Made by a program: the position numbers and the translations under genes. DNA of 32,000 nucleotides from Opitutales bacterium (GTDB lineage Bacteria; Verrucomicrobiota; Verrucomicrobiia; Opitutales; PNEW01), in contig CBDCNV010000001.1 of NCBI GenBank assembly GCA_965219535.1, forward strand, positions 1,380,001-1,412,000, written 5' to 3'. Every line of letters begins with the position of its first letter. Position 1 is the stretch's first letter. The notes beneath the pieces are model-generated. The model was not told the origin of the DNA. It worked only from the letters and a program-made list of their open reading frames with translations, and ran no database searches. Positions 7,132 to 15,962 of this stretch are shown here, one piece after another.

Positions 7132-7881
7132 CTAATAAGTAGCTCTTCCCCCGGATAGGTCGAAAATTGAGGCGGTGTTAAAGCTGGCTTCTTTTGAAAC
7201 GATAAATGCCGCCATCGAGGCGACTTCATCCAAAGTGCCACAGCGTTTCATCGGTATACGATCAGTCATATATTTTGCCTGTTCCGGTTCCATGTTTTCG
7301 ATCAACGTCGTCCAGATCACCGCCGGAGCTAATCCGTTAACCGTAATGCCGGTTTCTGCGTATTCTTTTCCCACCGCCTTGACGAGACCTATGACTTCAG
7401 CTTTGGAAGTCGAGTAGGCGCTCATGCCGGCGTTACCTTCTTTTCCAGAGATCGAAGCGACGAGTAAAATTCGACCGTAATTGCGTTTCTCCATTTCTAT
7501 AAGCGCATATTTTGTCATCAGAAACGAACCACGCAGATTCACCGCGAGGGTGTCATCGAATGCCGAAGTTTCAACCTCCGTTAATTTTATTCCATTAGGG
7601 CCGATAATCCCGGCACAATTAACCATGATGTCCAATTGTCCATATTCTTCTGCCACTTTATTAAATCCCTCAACGACTGATTTTTCGTCCGTCACATCGA
7701 CAAGATGAGAGTCAACCTTGAGGTTTTCCCCTCTGAGTTCACTCTCTACAGACTTTACTGCAGTTTCATTAAGATCAAAAATTATTATCGTGGCGCCTTC
7801 TTCCGCAAGGCGTTGAGCAATACTTTTCCCGAGGCCTCCCGCTCCTCCTGTGATTATGGCTATCTGTTCCTTGAATCTCAT
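7132..7881 (-). CDS. Short-chain dehydrogenase/reductase (FabG / 3-hydroxyacyl dehydrogenase-like)
   Basis: 249 aa with TGGAGGLG cofactor motif, NCAG, and the catalytic S...YSTSK. Confidence 0.9.
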   Translation of the reverse strand: MRFKEQIAIITGGAGGLGKSIAQRLAEEGATIIIFDLNETAVKSVESELRGENLKVDSHLVDVTDEKSVVEGFNKVAEEYGQLDIMVNCAGIIGPNGIKLTEVETSAFDDTLAVNLRGSFLMTKYALIEMEKRNYGRILLVASISGKEGNAGMSAYSTSKAEVIGLVKAVGKEYAETGITVNGLAPAVIWTTLIENMEPEQAKYMTDRIPMKRCGTLDEVASMAAFIVSKEASFNTASIFDLSGGRATY

Positions 7882-8029
7882 TTTAAAAAATTATAAAATA
7901 TAAAGAAGATAACTTTTATTTGGATTGTATCGCTTTAATTATAAAGCAGCTAAAACACTCAGTGTATAGCCTATACTATTTTTCAGAATAATGCAGTAGA
8001 TGCGCTTCTTCACCTTTGCCAGAAAATTT

Positions 8030-8049
8030 GTTTCATTCTGAAATGAAAC
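8030..8049. promoter_or_regulatory. 8-4-8 perfect palindrome GTTTCATT-CTGA-AATGAAAC
   Basis: Seen directly. It sits in the SDR / Spy-like divergent intergenic region, 10 nt upstream of the candidate ECF -35 element. Confidence 0.3.
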
Positions 8050-8059
8050 CAAAATAATT

Positions 8060-8086
8060 GTAACTTTAGTCACAAAATCTCGTTTA
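8060..8086 (+). promoter_or_regulatory. Candidate ECF-type promoter (GTAAC-N16-CGTTTA)
   Basis: GTAAC at 8060-8064, 16-nt spacer, CGTTTA at 8081-8086, about 80 nt upstream of the Spy-like ATG. This fits the general ECF pattern of AAC in the -35 and CGT in the -10. Confidence 0.3.
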
Positions 8087-8167
8087 TACGATTAAAGACG
8101 CTCATAACTGAGACCTTGAGCCTCTTGCAACTTTAAGAAAATATAAATTATAACAATAAAAAAAAGC

Positions 8168-8710
8168 ATGATGTTTAATAAAATAATCAAAAAAGTCGTA
8201 TTAAGTAGCTTGATTGCAGCAATGGGTACGCTCTCAATGGCTGCAATTGTTCCGTGGTCACTGCTCGCGGACTCTGAAGAAGAATATTCAGTTCAAAGTG
8301 CTGGAAGCCGTAGAGGGTCAGGAGATGATTTTCATCACGGGAGGCGTCATAGAGCATTTCAATTTTTAGATTTAACGGAGGAACAAGAAGGGTTGATTCA
8401 ATCCATTCATGAGGCACGTCAGGCCGACCGCGATGCGCTGCATACAGATATGAAGCTTTCGAGACAACGCTTGCATGATGCTGTTTATGCCGATGTTCCG
8501 GATGAAACCGCAATTAATGAAGCCGCGGAAAATTTAGGATTAACGATTGGTGATCAAGCCGTATTGCGCCGCATTATAATGGACGAAGTAAAAGCGGTAC
8601 TAACACCCGAGCAAATCGAAAGGTGGGAGGAAATGAAATCTCGCCGGCGTGGGTTGAGAGAGGATGGAGAAGAAGCTGGGGTCGAAGACGGTGATTCTTC
8701 ATCGGTATAA
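8168..8710 (+). CDS. Secreted Spy/CpxP/ZraP-family (LTXXQ) periplasmic protein
   Basis: N-terminal signal peptide (MMFNKIIKKVVLSSLIAAMGTLSMAA), two LTXXQ motifs (LDLTEEQEGL, LTPEQIERW), a His-rich patch (FHHGRRHRAF) and an acidic tail. Confidence 0.75.
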   Translation: MMFNKIIKKVVLSSLIAAMGTLSMAAIVPWSLLADSEEEYSVQSAGSRRGSGDDFHHGRRHRAFQFLDLTEEQEGLIQSIHEARQADRDALHTDMKLSRQRLHDAVYADVPDETAINEAAENLGLTIGDQAVLRRIIMDEVKAVLTPEQIERWEEMKSRRRGLREDGEEAGVEDGDSSSV

Positions 8711-8838
8711 TCCAAGGAAGGATTAACTTAATTGTTCTATTCAGAATGAGTATAGCCTGTGAAATTTCACCTAAAGATAGCTGCTTCAGTAATCTGATAT
8801 TCCGAAGTCGACTTCCCACCCTATTGCCAGCTATAAAG

Positions 8839-9435
8839 ATGGTTGAATTGCCAGTGTTAAAGACAGTCGACAATCAAAGCGCTGCGGATCTCGTAATTGT
8901 AAACGAAACATTAAAAGGTGATCTTTCAGCATTCGATAAGTTGGTTCGACGTTATCAGGGAATGGTCACCAAGTCACTCTTTCGCTTCTGTCCGCAGCGT
9001 TCCGACCTTGAAGATCTCGTGCAGGAGACGATGATTAAAGCCTACCGGAAACTAAATACCTGGAATCCATCAGCCCCTTTTGAATACTGGATTCGCCGGA
9101 TTGCCATCAATACGGGGCATGATTACTTTCGCCGGGCGGCACGTAACCCGATAGCGATTGCCCATAAAGCAGGGGATGCCAATGAAAGAGTCCTTAATGA
9201 TTTTACTGATAATAAGGATCCCTATTCTGACTATCAGTACACAGAACGAATCCAGTATCTGCTCGCTGGGCTTTCGCCTGATGATAGAACACTGCTCACA
9301 TTGCAATACTTGGAAGAGATGGCGCTTGCAGATATTGCCGAAAATTTGGGATGGAGCCTATCGAAAACTAAAGTTAAAAGTCACCGCGCCCGGAAAAAAT
9401 TAAAAAAGCTGCTTACTAAACATGAAATATCCTAA
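8839..9435 (+). CDS. ECF (sigma-70 family group 4) RNA polymerase sigma factor
   Basis: Region 2 (DLVQETMIKAYRKL...WIRRIAINTGHDYFRR) and region 4 (LSPDDRTLLTLQYLEEMALADIAENLGWSLSKTKVKSHRARKKL). I prefer the ATG at 8839 over the track start at 8746 because it gives the usual N-terminal length. Confidence 0.85.
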   Translation: MVELPVLKTVDNQSAADLVIVNETLKGDLSAFDKLVRRYQGMVTKSLFRFCPQRSDLEDLVQETMIKAYRKLNTWNPSAPFEYWIRRIAINTGHDYFRRAARNPIAIAHKAGDANERVLNDFTDNKDPYSDYQYTERIQYLLAGLSPDDRTLLTLQYLEEMALADIAENLGWSLSKTKVKSHRARKKLKKLLTKHEIS

Positions 9436-9742
9436 TTCTAATAATCCCCAATCCTGGTCTGATTTGGTTGCTGCGAGTCAACGTGAAATACCACCGGAAA
9501 TTGATGTTTCGCATGAAGTGCGCACAGCTTTAATTCAGGAAGAGAGAGAAAGCAATACTGTCGACTGGACGGAAGCGATTCTCGCTCTTTTTAAAATGCG
9601 TTCAATACAGATAGCGAGCGCAACTGGTATTGCTTGCATCATTCTATTAACCGTCATTTCCTTTATGATTCCATCTGTTGATACTGATGAAGATCCGATA
9701 ATCTCTTTTCTCACTAATGGTGATTGGAGCGTATTCCTATGA
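9422..9742 (+). CDS. Small single-pass membrane protein, candidate CnrY-type (non-ZAS) anti-sigma factor
   Basis: 106 aa with one TM helix (IQIASATGIACIILLTVISFMI) and no HxxxCxxC motif. It overlaps the sigma gene by 14 nt and shares an ATGA junction with the next gene. Confidence 0.5.
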   Translation: MKYPNSNNPQSWSDLVAASQREIPPEIDVSHEVRTALIQEERESNTVDWTEAILALFKMRSIQIASATGIACIILLTVISFMIPSVDTDEDPIISFLTNGDWSVFL

Positions 9743-10248
9743 ATAAAAAATATATTCAAGCGCTCATTTTAATCTGCGCTATTTTGATTATGGGTGTAAT
9801 TGGTGGCATTGCCGGTTCGACGATCTACCATAAACAGGTACGTAAAGAGAGGTTCGCACATAGAGATTCCAGCCATCGTGGTATGGGGAGAATGGATCAT
9901 CTCTCCCGTGCATTGGATCTTAATCCCCAGCAATTTGAAGCGATACGTGCAGATTTGGATATCGCCTCACGTGAAATTGAAAAATTACAAAAAGAGATCA
10001 GGCCTCTCTTCGAAAAGGTCCATTTAGAAATGAGAGAAGCTATAGAAAAACATCTTCAATCTGCACAACTTGAGGTGTTCCGAGAAATGACAAAGCTCCG
10101 TGAAGAACAGAGATTTAGGGGTGGCCCAGATTACAGAAGGGGACCGGGATTTAGAGGAGACCACCATTTTAGGGGCGATCCGCGGCTCAATGAAGATCGT
10201 AAACATCCCGATCCGCTTCAAGAGGCTGAAGAACCAAAAGTAGAATAA
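9739..10248 (+). CDS. Membrane-anchored LTXXQ / CnrX-like periplasmic sensor protein
   Basis: N-terminal TM anchor (IQALILICAILIMGVIGGIAG), His/Met patch HRDSSHRGMGRMDH, LTXXQ-variant LDLNPQQFEAI, coiled helical region, and an RG-rich tail. ATG at 9739 is preferred over TTG at 9724. Confidence 0.65.
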   Translation: MNKKYIQALILICAILIMGVIGGIAGSTIYHKQVRKERFAHRDSSHRGMGRMDHLSRALDLNPQQFEAIRADLDIASREIEKLQKEIRPLFEKVHLEMREAIEKHLQSAQLEVFREMTKLREEQRFRGGPDYRRGPGFRGDHHFRGDPRLNEDRKHPDPLQEAEEPKVE

Positions 10249-10496
10249 TTATTTTTTAAAATCTATTTTAAGATTATGCCAAGAAGCAGCATGATACTTA
10301 CGCTAGCACATGTGATATGCATTGATTTAATGCATTTCTTTTAGGAATCAATGTTCATGATGTGGATAAACAGCCAAGCTCTTGATCTAATCTGAATTCA
10401 TTGATATCAGCACCCGAAAGCACGGAATCTTGGTGATACATTGATAGATGCTAATGTTATGCATTTTAAAGCTAATAATAAATCCTAGGGAATTTA

Positions 10497-11277
10497 ATGA
10501 CTAATATTGTCTTTAAAAAGATAATTTCATTATTTTTGTTTCTATGTGTTAACAGTCTCCTCGCTATCGAGGAAGATCTCTACTATGGTGTTCCGACGAT
10601 TGAATCCTACCCCTACTCAATCACCATTCTGGACAATGAAGGCTTTGCAATAGGCTATTGCGAAACAAGGAAAGCTCCGGTCTGGGTCTCATATCGTCTC
10701 TTCCCTAATCCAGGTAAATACAGTTTTGAACTCCCGACAAGATTTAGAACTGATCACAGGACACAATCGCGAATAAGCCACGACCACTACATGCGAAGTA
10801 GTTTCGATAAGGGAGACTTAGCCCCCTAACGACACTATTATGACCAGGTATGGACGCGCTGGACAGACGGCTACTACTTTTATGAGTAATATCGCACCGA
10901 TGACCCCTTTATTCCATCGAGGTATCTGGAACAAATTAGAAGAACTCGTAGCTGAAGAATACAGTAACAGCTTTGAAGAAGTGTGGGTGGTTACTGGCAC
11001 AATTTATGACATAGATATTCAAAGATTGGCTACAGGTATAGAAATAGCTGATGCTTTTTTCAAAATCGTCATAGACGAGGTAGACGGAAAATCTCGTACA
11101 CAGGCATTCGTTATTCCTCACACCAATGTATCCGGTCTTAGTCTAGCCGATTTCTTAACATCTATTGATGAAGTGGAGAAAGTCACAGGATTTGATTTCT
11201 TCAGTGAACTTCCCGATGAGATAGAGGATGAATTAGAGATGAAAATATCTCCGAGTATATGGACAAGCGATAGCTAA
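10497..11277 (+). pseudogene. Secreted DNA/RNA non-specific endonuclease (Endonuclease_NS/NucA family) homolog, split by a +1 frameshift in a C5 run
   Basis: Signal peptide, then ...FDKGDLAP*, then in the +1 frame (open from 10822; ATG of the second ORF at 10840) PNDTIMTRYGRAGQTATTFMSNIAPM...GIWNKLEE. Removing one C from CCCCC (10822-10826) restores a continuous family-like sequence. The DRGH catalytic motif reads DKGD. Confidence 0.75.
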
Positions 11278-11291
11278 ATAAATCACCTGCA

Positions 11292-11308
11292 GGTCCTGTC
11301 GAAGGACC
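11292..11308. terminator. Weak bidirectional hairpin between the convergent nuclease and FG-GAP genes
   Basis: GGTCCT-GTCGA-AGGACC, a 6-bp stem with no flanking T-run. Confidence 0.2.
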
Positions 11309-11320
11309 AGCACCCTGAAC

Positions 11321-14032
11321 TTATGCCTCAAATTCTATACGCACTTCACTTAATAGGGGTGATCCACAGCCATAAAGAGAGATAAGCTCTGCCCGGTATT
11401 GCAACCATTGAGCTTGCGAGGGAACACCAAGTATTTCTGAGCCAGACTCTTCGTAGTAGGAACCATCGCCTTCTGGTCCCTGCCATTCGGCCTTTTCGAG
11501 TTCCTGTTCATCTTTTCCCCAACGCAGTTGGAACTGTATGGCAGTAGTGGTGACGATCTCGGCTTCCCAATAAATCCGTAACGGTGTTTGTTTATTTAAT
11601 TCAAAAGATGGTGAGATATAACTTTCGTAGGGTTCACGATTGTAGGCATTGCCATGATCACGGGTAGAAGTTTCATGGGGACCCATCCCGGGGAAGCGGG
11701 TTACACGATCCGTTGAAAAACCGTCAGGGCCGTTCCAATAGATTACGGAATCGACTTGATGACCGAGGTTGTTGCGATGACAGGTAATAACGAGATCATT
11801 GTATCCGTTTCGGTTGATATCGATCATGAGCGCGGCGGTTGGTGCTTCGGCGGGGAGATTTAAGGGATTCTCGAGATCGATTGTTTTTCCATTTCCCCAG
11901 AATATTTGTGCCGGCAGCTCACGGGTAGTCGTTGATGAATAGGCAGGCACATATAAATCCAGGTTTCCGTCATTGTTCAGATCTGCTAAGGCTACACAGT
12001 GCGCACTGTAGCCCGCAGCCATCTGCTGAGAATTATCCAGACTGTAACCATCCGGGCTCCCGTATAAAATACACAGGGTTTCCGGTCGGCGAATATAATG
12101 ACCCATCATGGCGACAACAATATCCAGGTAACCGTTTTTATTAATATCTCCCACGTTCAACATTACCCCGCGAGGAGCAGGCAGCTCAATGTCCCAGGTT
12201 CTTTCAGGGGAATACCCATCGGGACCTCCGAGGTAGATCTTAAGCCATTCGTGTTTATCGACAACGATAATATCGAGATAGCCGTCATGATTGACATCTG
12301 CAAGTCGGGCCGTGCCGTAGCAATAGGTGGGGAAGTTTTCCGATCGATCCGTTGAAAACCCATCCTTGGAACCATAAAAGATAGTGGACGAAGCAGCCAT
12401 CGTCTCCGGCCGGTCGTCATAAGTTAAAGCCATGACGAGTAAGTCGAGATAACCGTCACGGTTGAGGTCGGCGACGTGGACTTCCAGATTACCTTTGAAG
12501 ATGGTTTCCAAGTCATAGTAATTATCAGCTCGCGGTCCATCCGGGCCGCCAGGAAACACGCGTAAGCCAAACCTGCTTGTGAAAACCAATTCCGGATAAC
12601 CGTCCAGATCCAGATCAGCCATGATGTAGGCATAACCACCACCCACCGGTAAATCTAATCGCTGCTCGACTGAATACTCTGCTTTCTCATTTCCGAAATA
12701 AACATAAGCGGGAAATTCGTCATAAAATTGTGAAGGTCCTCCCATCGTGCTATTGAAAATAACTTCAGGCCGTCCGTCGCCATCCAGATCGCCCGCGGTG
12801 CAGCCCATGGCTCCCGCTGTTGGCAACTCGGTGATACGCTCGGGAGAAAATCCATCCGGTCCATTCCAGAAAATCACTGATTCAGTCTCATAGGTGACAC
12901 GATTATCATATTTACTGACAATGAGGTCAGGGTGGCCGTTGCCGTCCAAGTCTTCCGCAAAAACCCAGGTGGCATAGGGCACGGGGAGTTTCGACTGCAC
13001 GGTCTGCAAATCATCGGTTTTTCGAATCTGCACCCCCTCTTCGGTTACGAGAAGCAATTCTGTTTTGCCATCCCGGTCGACATCCGCAAATGCTACATTT
13101 AAAGCCCCTTGACAGAACATCGTAGAGAATCCCTGTTCCTCAATCGTGGTATAATTTTCCGGATCGAATTTACCCTGTTCATTCCAGAAAATTTTCACTT
13201 CATCGCCTCCGCAGAATATAACTTCGTCATGGCCGTCTTCGTTTAGATCAGCCAGTAGAACGCGCAGGGCGAAATGAGTGGGAAGATGAAAAGGATTTTC
13301 GGTATCAAATCCGTCATCCGTTCCCCAATAGATGTAAGAATCGGTATCATGGATATATTCATCGCGATAATTAGCAACGACGAGATCGGGTTTTCCATTA
13401 CCATTTAGATCGGCACAGGCAACTGACACTGCCGCCATGCCCTTTAATCCGAAATGTGCAGTAGCATTCTCAAACTCGCGTGGTTTGGATTGACGATAAA
13501 CATGAATGTCTCTCAATTCACCTGCATTATGGTGATCAGCCCAGGCTGAGGGGAAGATCAGGTCGAGACGACCCTCACCCTTTAAATCAACGGCCGCTAC
13601 ATCGTACGCTCCAACCGTTGGGAATTCCACACGTTCTCCAGTCAACCCTTTGGGTCCACCCCAGTAGACATAGGATGACAACTCAGAGGTAACCCCGTTT
13701 TCCCCATTGACGACAATTAAGTCGGGGTAGCCATCACCGTCGACATCTGCCACACGGCTCATCCATCCGCTATCGTTAGGCAGAACCTGTTGCGGCCAGT
13801 CTTTACCTTCTCCTTTATCGACTTTGTATATCGTGGTTGGACCGCGCTCAACGTAGCCATGGGAATTAGGCAGGACGATATCGACGTAACCGTTATTGTT
13901 AACATCAGTGCGGTGAATCCGCTCGATGATGCCCTTGGCATTTACATAAAGATTGCTGCCACCGTCATCAAAACGTCCCTCGGAAAAAGCATCGAACCCT
14001 TTATGAACCCAAACATTATTTGCCTCACTCAT
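11321..14032 (-). CDS. FG-GAP/VCBS repeat protein (14 repeats, predicted double 7-bladed beta-propeller) with a C-terminal beta-sandwich-like domain
   Basis: Fourteen Dx[DN]x[DNE]G..[DE].. motifs (DVNNNGYVDIV, DVDGDGYPDLIV, ... DINRNGYNDLVI). There is no hydrophobic N-terminal segment (MSEANNVWVHKGFDAFSEG). Confidence 0.8.
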   Translation of the reverse strand: MSEANNVWVHKGFDAFSEGRFDDGGSNLYVNAKGIIERIHRTDVNNNGYVDIVLPNSHGYVERGPTTIYKVDKGEGKDWPQQVLPNDSGWMSRVADVDGDGYPDLIVVNGENGVTSELSSYVYWGGPKGLTGERVEFPTVGAYDVAAVDLKGEGRLDLIFPSAWADHHNAGELRDIHVYRQSKPREFENATAHFGLKGMAAVSVACADLNGNGKPDLVVANYRDEYIHDTDSYIYWGTDDGFDTENPFHLPTHFALRVLLADLNEDGHDEVIFCGGDEVKIFWNEQGKFDPENYTTIEEQGFSTMFCQGALNVAFADVDRDGKTELLLVTEEGVQIRKTDDLQTVQSKLPVPYATWVFAEDLDGNGHPDLIVSKYDNRVTYETESVIFWNGPDGFSPERITELPTAGAMGCTAGDLDGDGRPEVIFNSTMGGPSQFYDEFPAYVYFGNEKAEYSVEQRLDLPVGGGYAYIMADLDLDGYPELVFTSRFGLRVFPGGPDGPRADNYYDLETIFKGNLEVHVADLNRDGYLDLLVMALTYDDRPETMAASSTIFYGSKDGFSTDRSENFPTYCYGTARLADVNHDGYLDIIVVDKHEWLKIYLGGPDGYSPERTWDIELPAPRGVMLNVGDINKNGYLDIVVAMMGHYIRRPETLCILYGSPDGYSLDNSQQMAAGYSAHCVALADLNNDGNLDLYVPAYSSTTTRELPAQIFWGNGKTIDLENPLNLPAEAPTAALMIDINRNGYNDLVITCHRNNLGHQVDSVIYWNGPDGFSTDRVTRFPGMGPHETSTRDHGNAYNREPYESYISPSFELNKQTPLRIYWEAEIVTTTAIQFQLRWGKDEQELEKAEWQGPEGDGSYYEESGSEILGVPSQAQWLQYRAELISLYGCGSPLLSEVRIEFEA

Positions 14033-14151
14033 CGGTTGTTCCTGAAGTTGTAATAAAGTAAGAGGGGAAGCAATAATAGATGTCTTTAATAATTAGAATT
14101 GTGGATTACTTGGACTGGACATAGGGGAGAATAAAATTGTTTAAATAGAAG

Positions 14152-15696
14152 ATGGCTGATAAGCGCGATTATGATGCAATTATTATTGGGAGTGGTCATA
14201 ACGGATTAGTCTGTGCAGGTTATCTGGCAAAAGCGGGGAAGCAGGTCCTCGTGGTCGAGCGTCGTTCAATAATTGGTGGAGCCGCAATTAGTGAAGAATT
14301 ATTTCCCGGCTATCGACTATCCTCCTGTTCCTATATCTGCCACCTGCTTCAGTCCAAAGTTATTAATGATTTTGAGCTCCCTCGTCATGGATTTAAGGTC
14401 TTCAAAATCAATCCAACTCGATTCTGTCCCTACCTTGATCATCGTCATTTACTCCTATGGGATTCAGACGAGAAAACACAAAATCATATTGCGCAATTTT
14501 CTCGAGCTGATGCCAATGCTTACCCTCGGTGGCTAGCTTTCTGGAAGCGAGCAGCCGGATTGATATACCCCTATTTTCTCAAGCTTCCCCCCAGTGTGGA
14601 TGAATTGAGAACTAATGTTCTAGGGACAGCTGATGCGCCATTACTCGAACGATTACTCACAGTCAGTATGAAGGAACTTGTCAGTGATTTTTTTGAAGAT
14701 GAATCAATCAGGGGAGCATTTATTTCGACCCAGGATGTCGGTGATCCCTCCGCTCCTGGAAGCGCGTGGTGTTATAATTATTTTATGTGCAGTCTATTCA
14801 GTCGTCCTGAACATGTCGGTTTGGTAAAAGGGGGGATGGGCAGCATAACGCAAGCCCTGGCTTCCTCAGTCAAGTCGGAGGGAGTAGTGATAGAAACGGA
14901 TGCACCGGTAGAGCGTATATTGATTGAAGATAATAATGCCATCGGTATTCGCCTGGAAGGGGGAGCGGAGATAACAAGCAAAGTTGTCGTCTCTAATGCA
15001 GACCCGAAGCGGACGTTTTTCACCTTAATCGATCAGGATCAATTACCGGATAAGTACTTTCAAAAAATAAAACGATTAAAGACCGAGGTCAGCTATTTGA
15101 AGTTTCATTCCGCGCTCAACCAGTTACCCGATTTCTCACAATTTTTTAAGAGTGATTTTGATCCGAAGTATTTAGCGATGACTAAGATTTCACCATCGAT
15201 TGAGTATTTAGAGAAAAGTTGGAATGATGCGAGTAACGGCAGACCGGCAAGTGCTCCAGTGATGGAAGTGCAAATTCCCTCGGTTTATGATAAGTCAATG
15301 GCACCTGCCGGGCATCATGTTCTGTCTATATGGATGCTATACGCACCGGTGCGTCTCACTGATGGTAACTGGGTAGGTCGACGTGAGGAAGTGGGAGAAA
15401 GTGTCATTGATGTCTTAGCTCAATATGCCCCCAATATAAAAGACTGTATTATCGACTGGTCGCTTTTTACGCCATGGGACATTGAACAACGTGTTGGATT
15501 AACCGACGGTAATATTCGGCATTTAGATATAGTGCCTGATCAATTTCTCGACAACCGCCCCCTCCAGGGATGGGCCGGGTATAATACACCGGTCAAACAT
15601 CTTTACCTTTGTGGTGGAGGGACTCATCCAGGTGGTGAAGTTACAGGAGCGCCCGGTCATAATGCCGCGCATGTTATTTTAAAAGCTGAAGATTAA
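14152..15696 (+). CDS. Phytoene-desaturase (CrtI)-family NAD(P)/FAD-dependent oxidoreductase
   Basis: N-terminal dinucleotide fold YDAIIIGSGHNGLVCAGYLAKAGKQVLVVERRSIIGGAA and C-terminal LYLCGGGTHPGGEVTGAPGHNAA. Confidence 0.8.
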   Translation: MADKRDYDAIIIGSGHNGLVCAGYLAKAGKQVLVVERRSIIGGAAISEELFPGYRLSSCSYICHLLQSKVINDFELPRHGFKVFKINPTRFCPYLDHRHLLLWDSDEKTQNHIAQFSRADANAYPRWLAFWKRAAGLIYPYFLKLPPSVDELRTNVLGTADAPLLERLLTVSMKELVSDFFEDESIRGAFISTQDVGDPSAPGSAWCYNYFMCSLFSRPEHVGLVKGGMGSITQALASSVKSEGVVIETDAPVERILIEDNNAIGIRLEGGAEITSKVVVSNADPKRTFFTLIDQDQLPDKYFQKIKRLKTEVSYLKFHSALNQLPDFSQFFKSDFDPKYLAMTKISPSIEYLEKSWNDASNGRPASAPVMEVQIPSVYDKSMAPAGHHVLSIWMLYAPVRLTDGNWVGRREEVGESVIDVLAQYAPNIKDCIIDWSLFTPWDIEQRVGLTDGNIRHLDIVPDQFLDNRPLQGWAGYNTPVKHLYLCGGGTHPGGEVTGAPGHNAAHVILKAED

Positions 15697-15779
15697 TTGG
15701 TCAAAAAGTCGCCATTTCTTTTTCCCACAGCTTGCGCTGCGGGCTACATTTGTCACACCGCACCGATGTGATTTAAGAG

Positions 15780-15805
15780 GGAGGGCCACGCTCCGTCGTG
15801 GCCGT
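15780..15805 (+). repeat. GGAG hairpin repeat, copy 2
   Basis: GGAGGGCCACGCTCCGTCGTGGCCGT, identical to 6927-6952. It lies between the oxidoreductase stop and lysS. A single GGTCAAAAAGTC unit sits at 15699-15710, just after the stop. Confidence 0.8.
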
Positions 15806-15962
15806 TTGGAAGAACATTTTATAATCAATTAAAGGATAAAGATGAAGACTTAGATAACATGGACAATTCTTATTATAGACCGAGGGGAAAAGATACTTCA
15901 TTTAATTTTAAAAATTGCGTTTGATAAATGGTTGGTGTTCACCCATGCTTCTCGCGATTATT

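Noticed and set aside
6945-7142. 65-aa ORF with a protamine-like tail (RRRGRGRRRRRGRRKRRGRRRRR)
   Set aside because: It is the translation of the purine-rich GACGAAGA repeat arm and crosses the GGAG hairpins. It has no start context and sits entirely inside a non-coding palindromic element.
8746-8838. Longer N-terminus for the ECF sigma factor (31 extra codons)
   Set aside because: The extra residues precede region 1.2/2 by more than is usual for ECF sigmas. The internal ATG at 8839 gives canonical spacing, though the longer form cannot be excluded without data.
15915-15962. TTG-initiated N-terminal extension of lysS (MRLINGWCSPMLLAII)
   Set aside because: The extension is hydrophobic and unlike any LysRS N-terminus. 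The ATG at 15963 gives the usual MSEQ... start.
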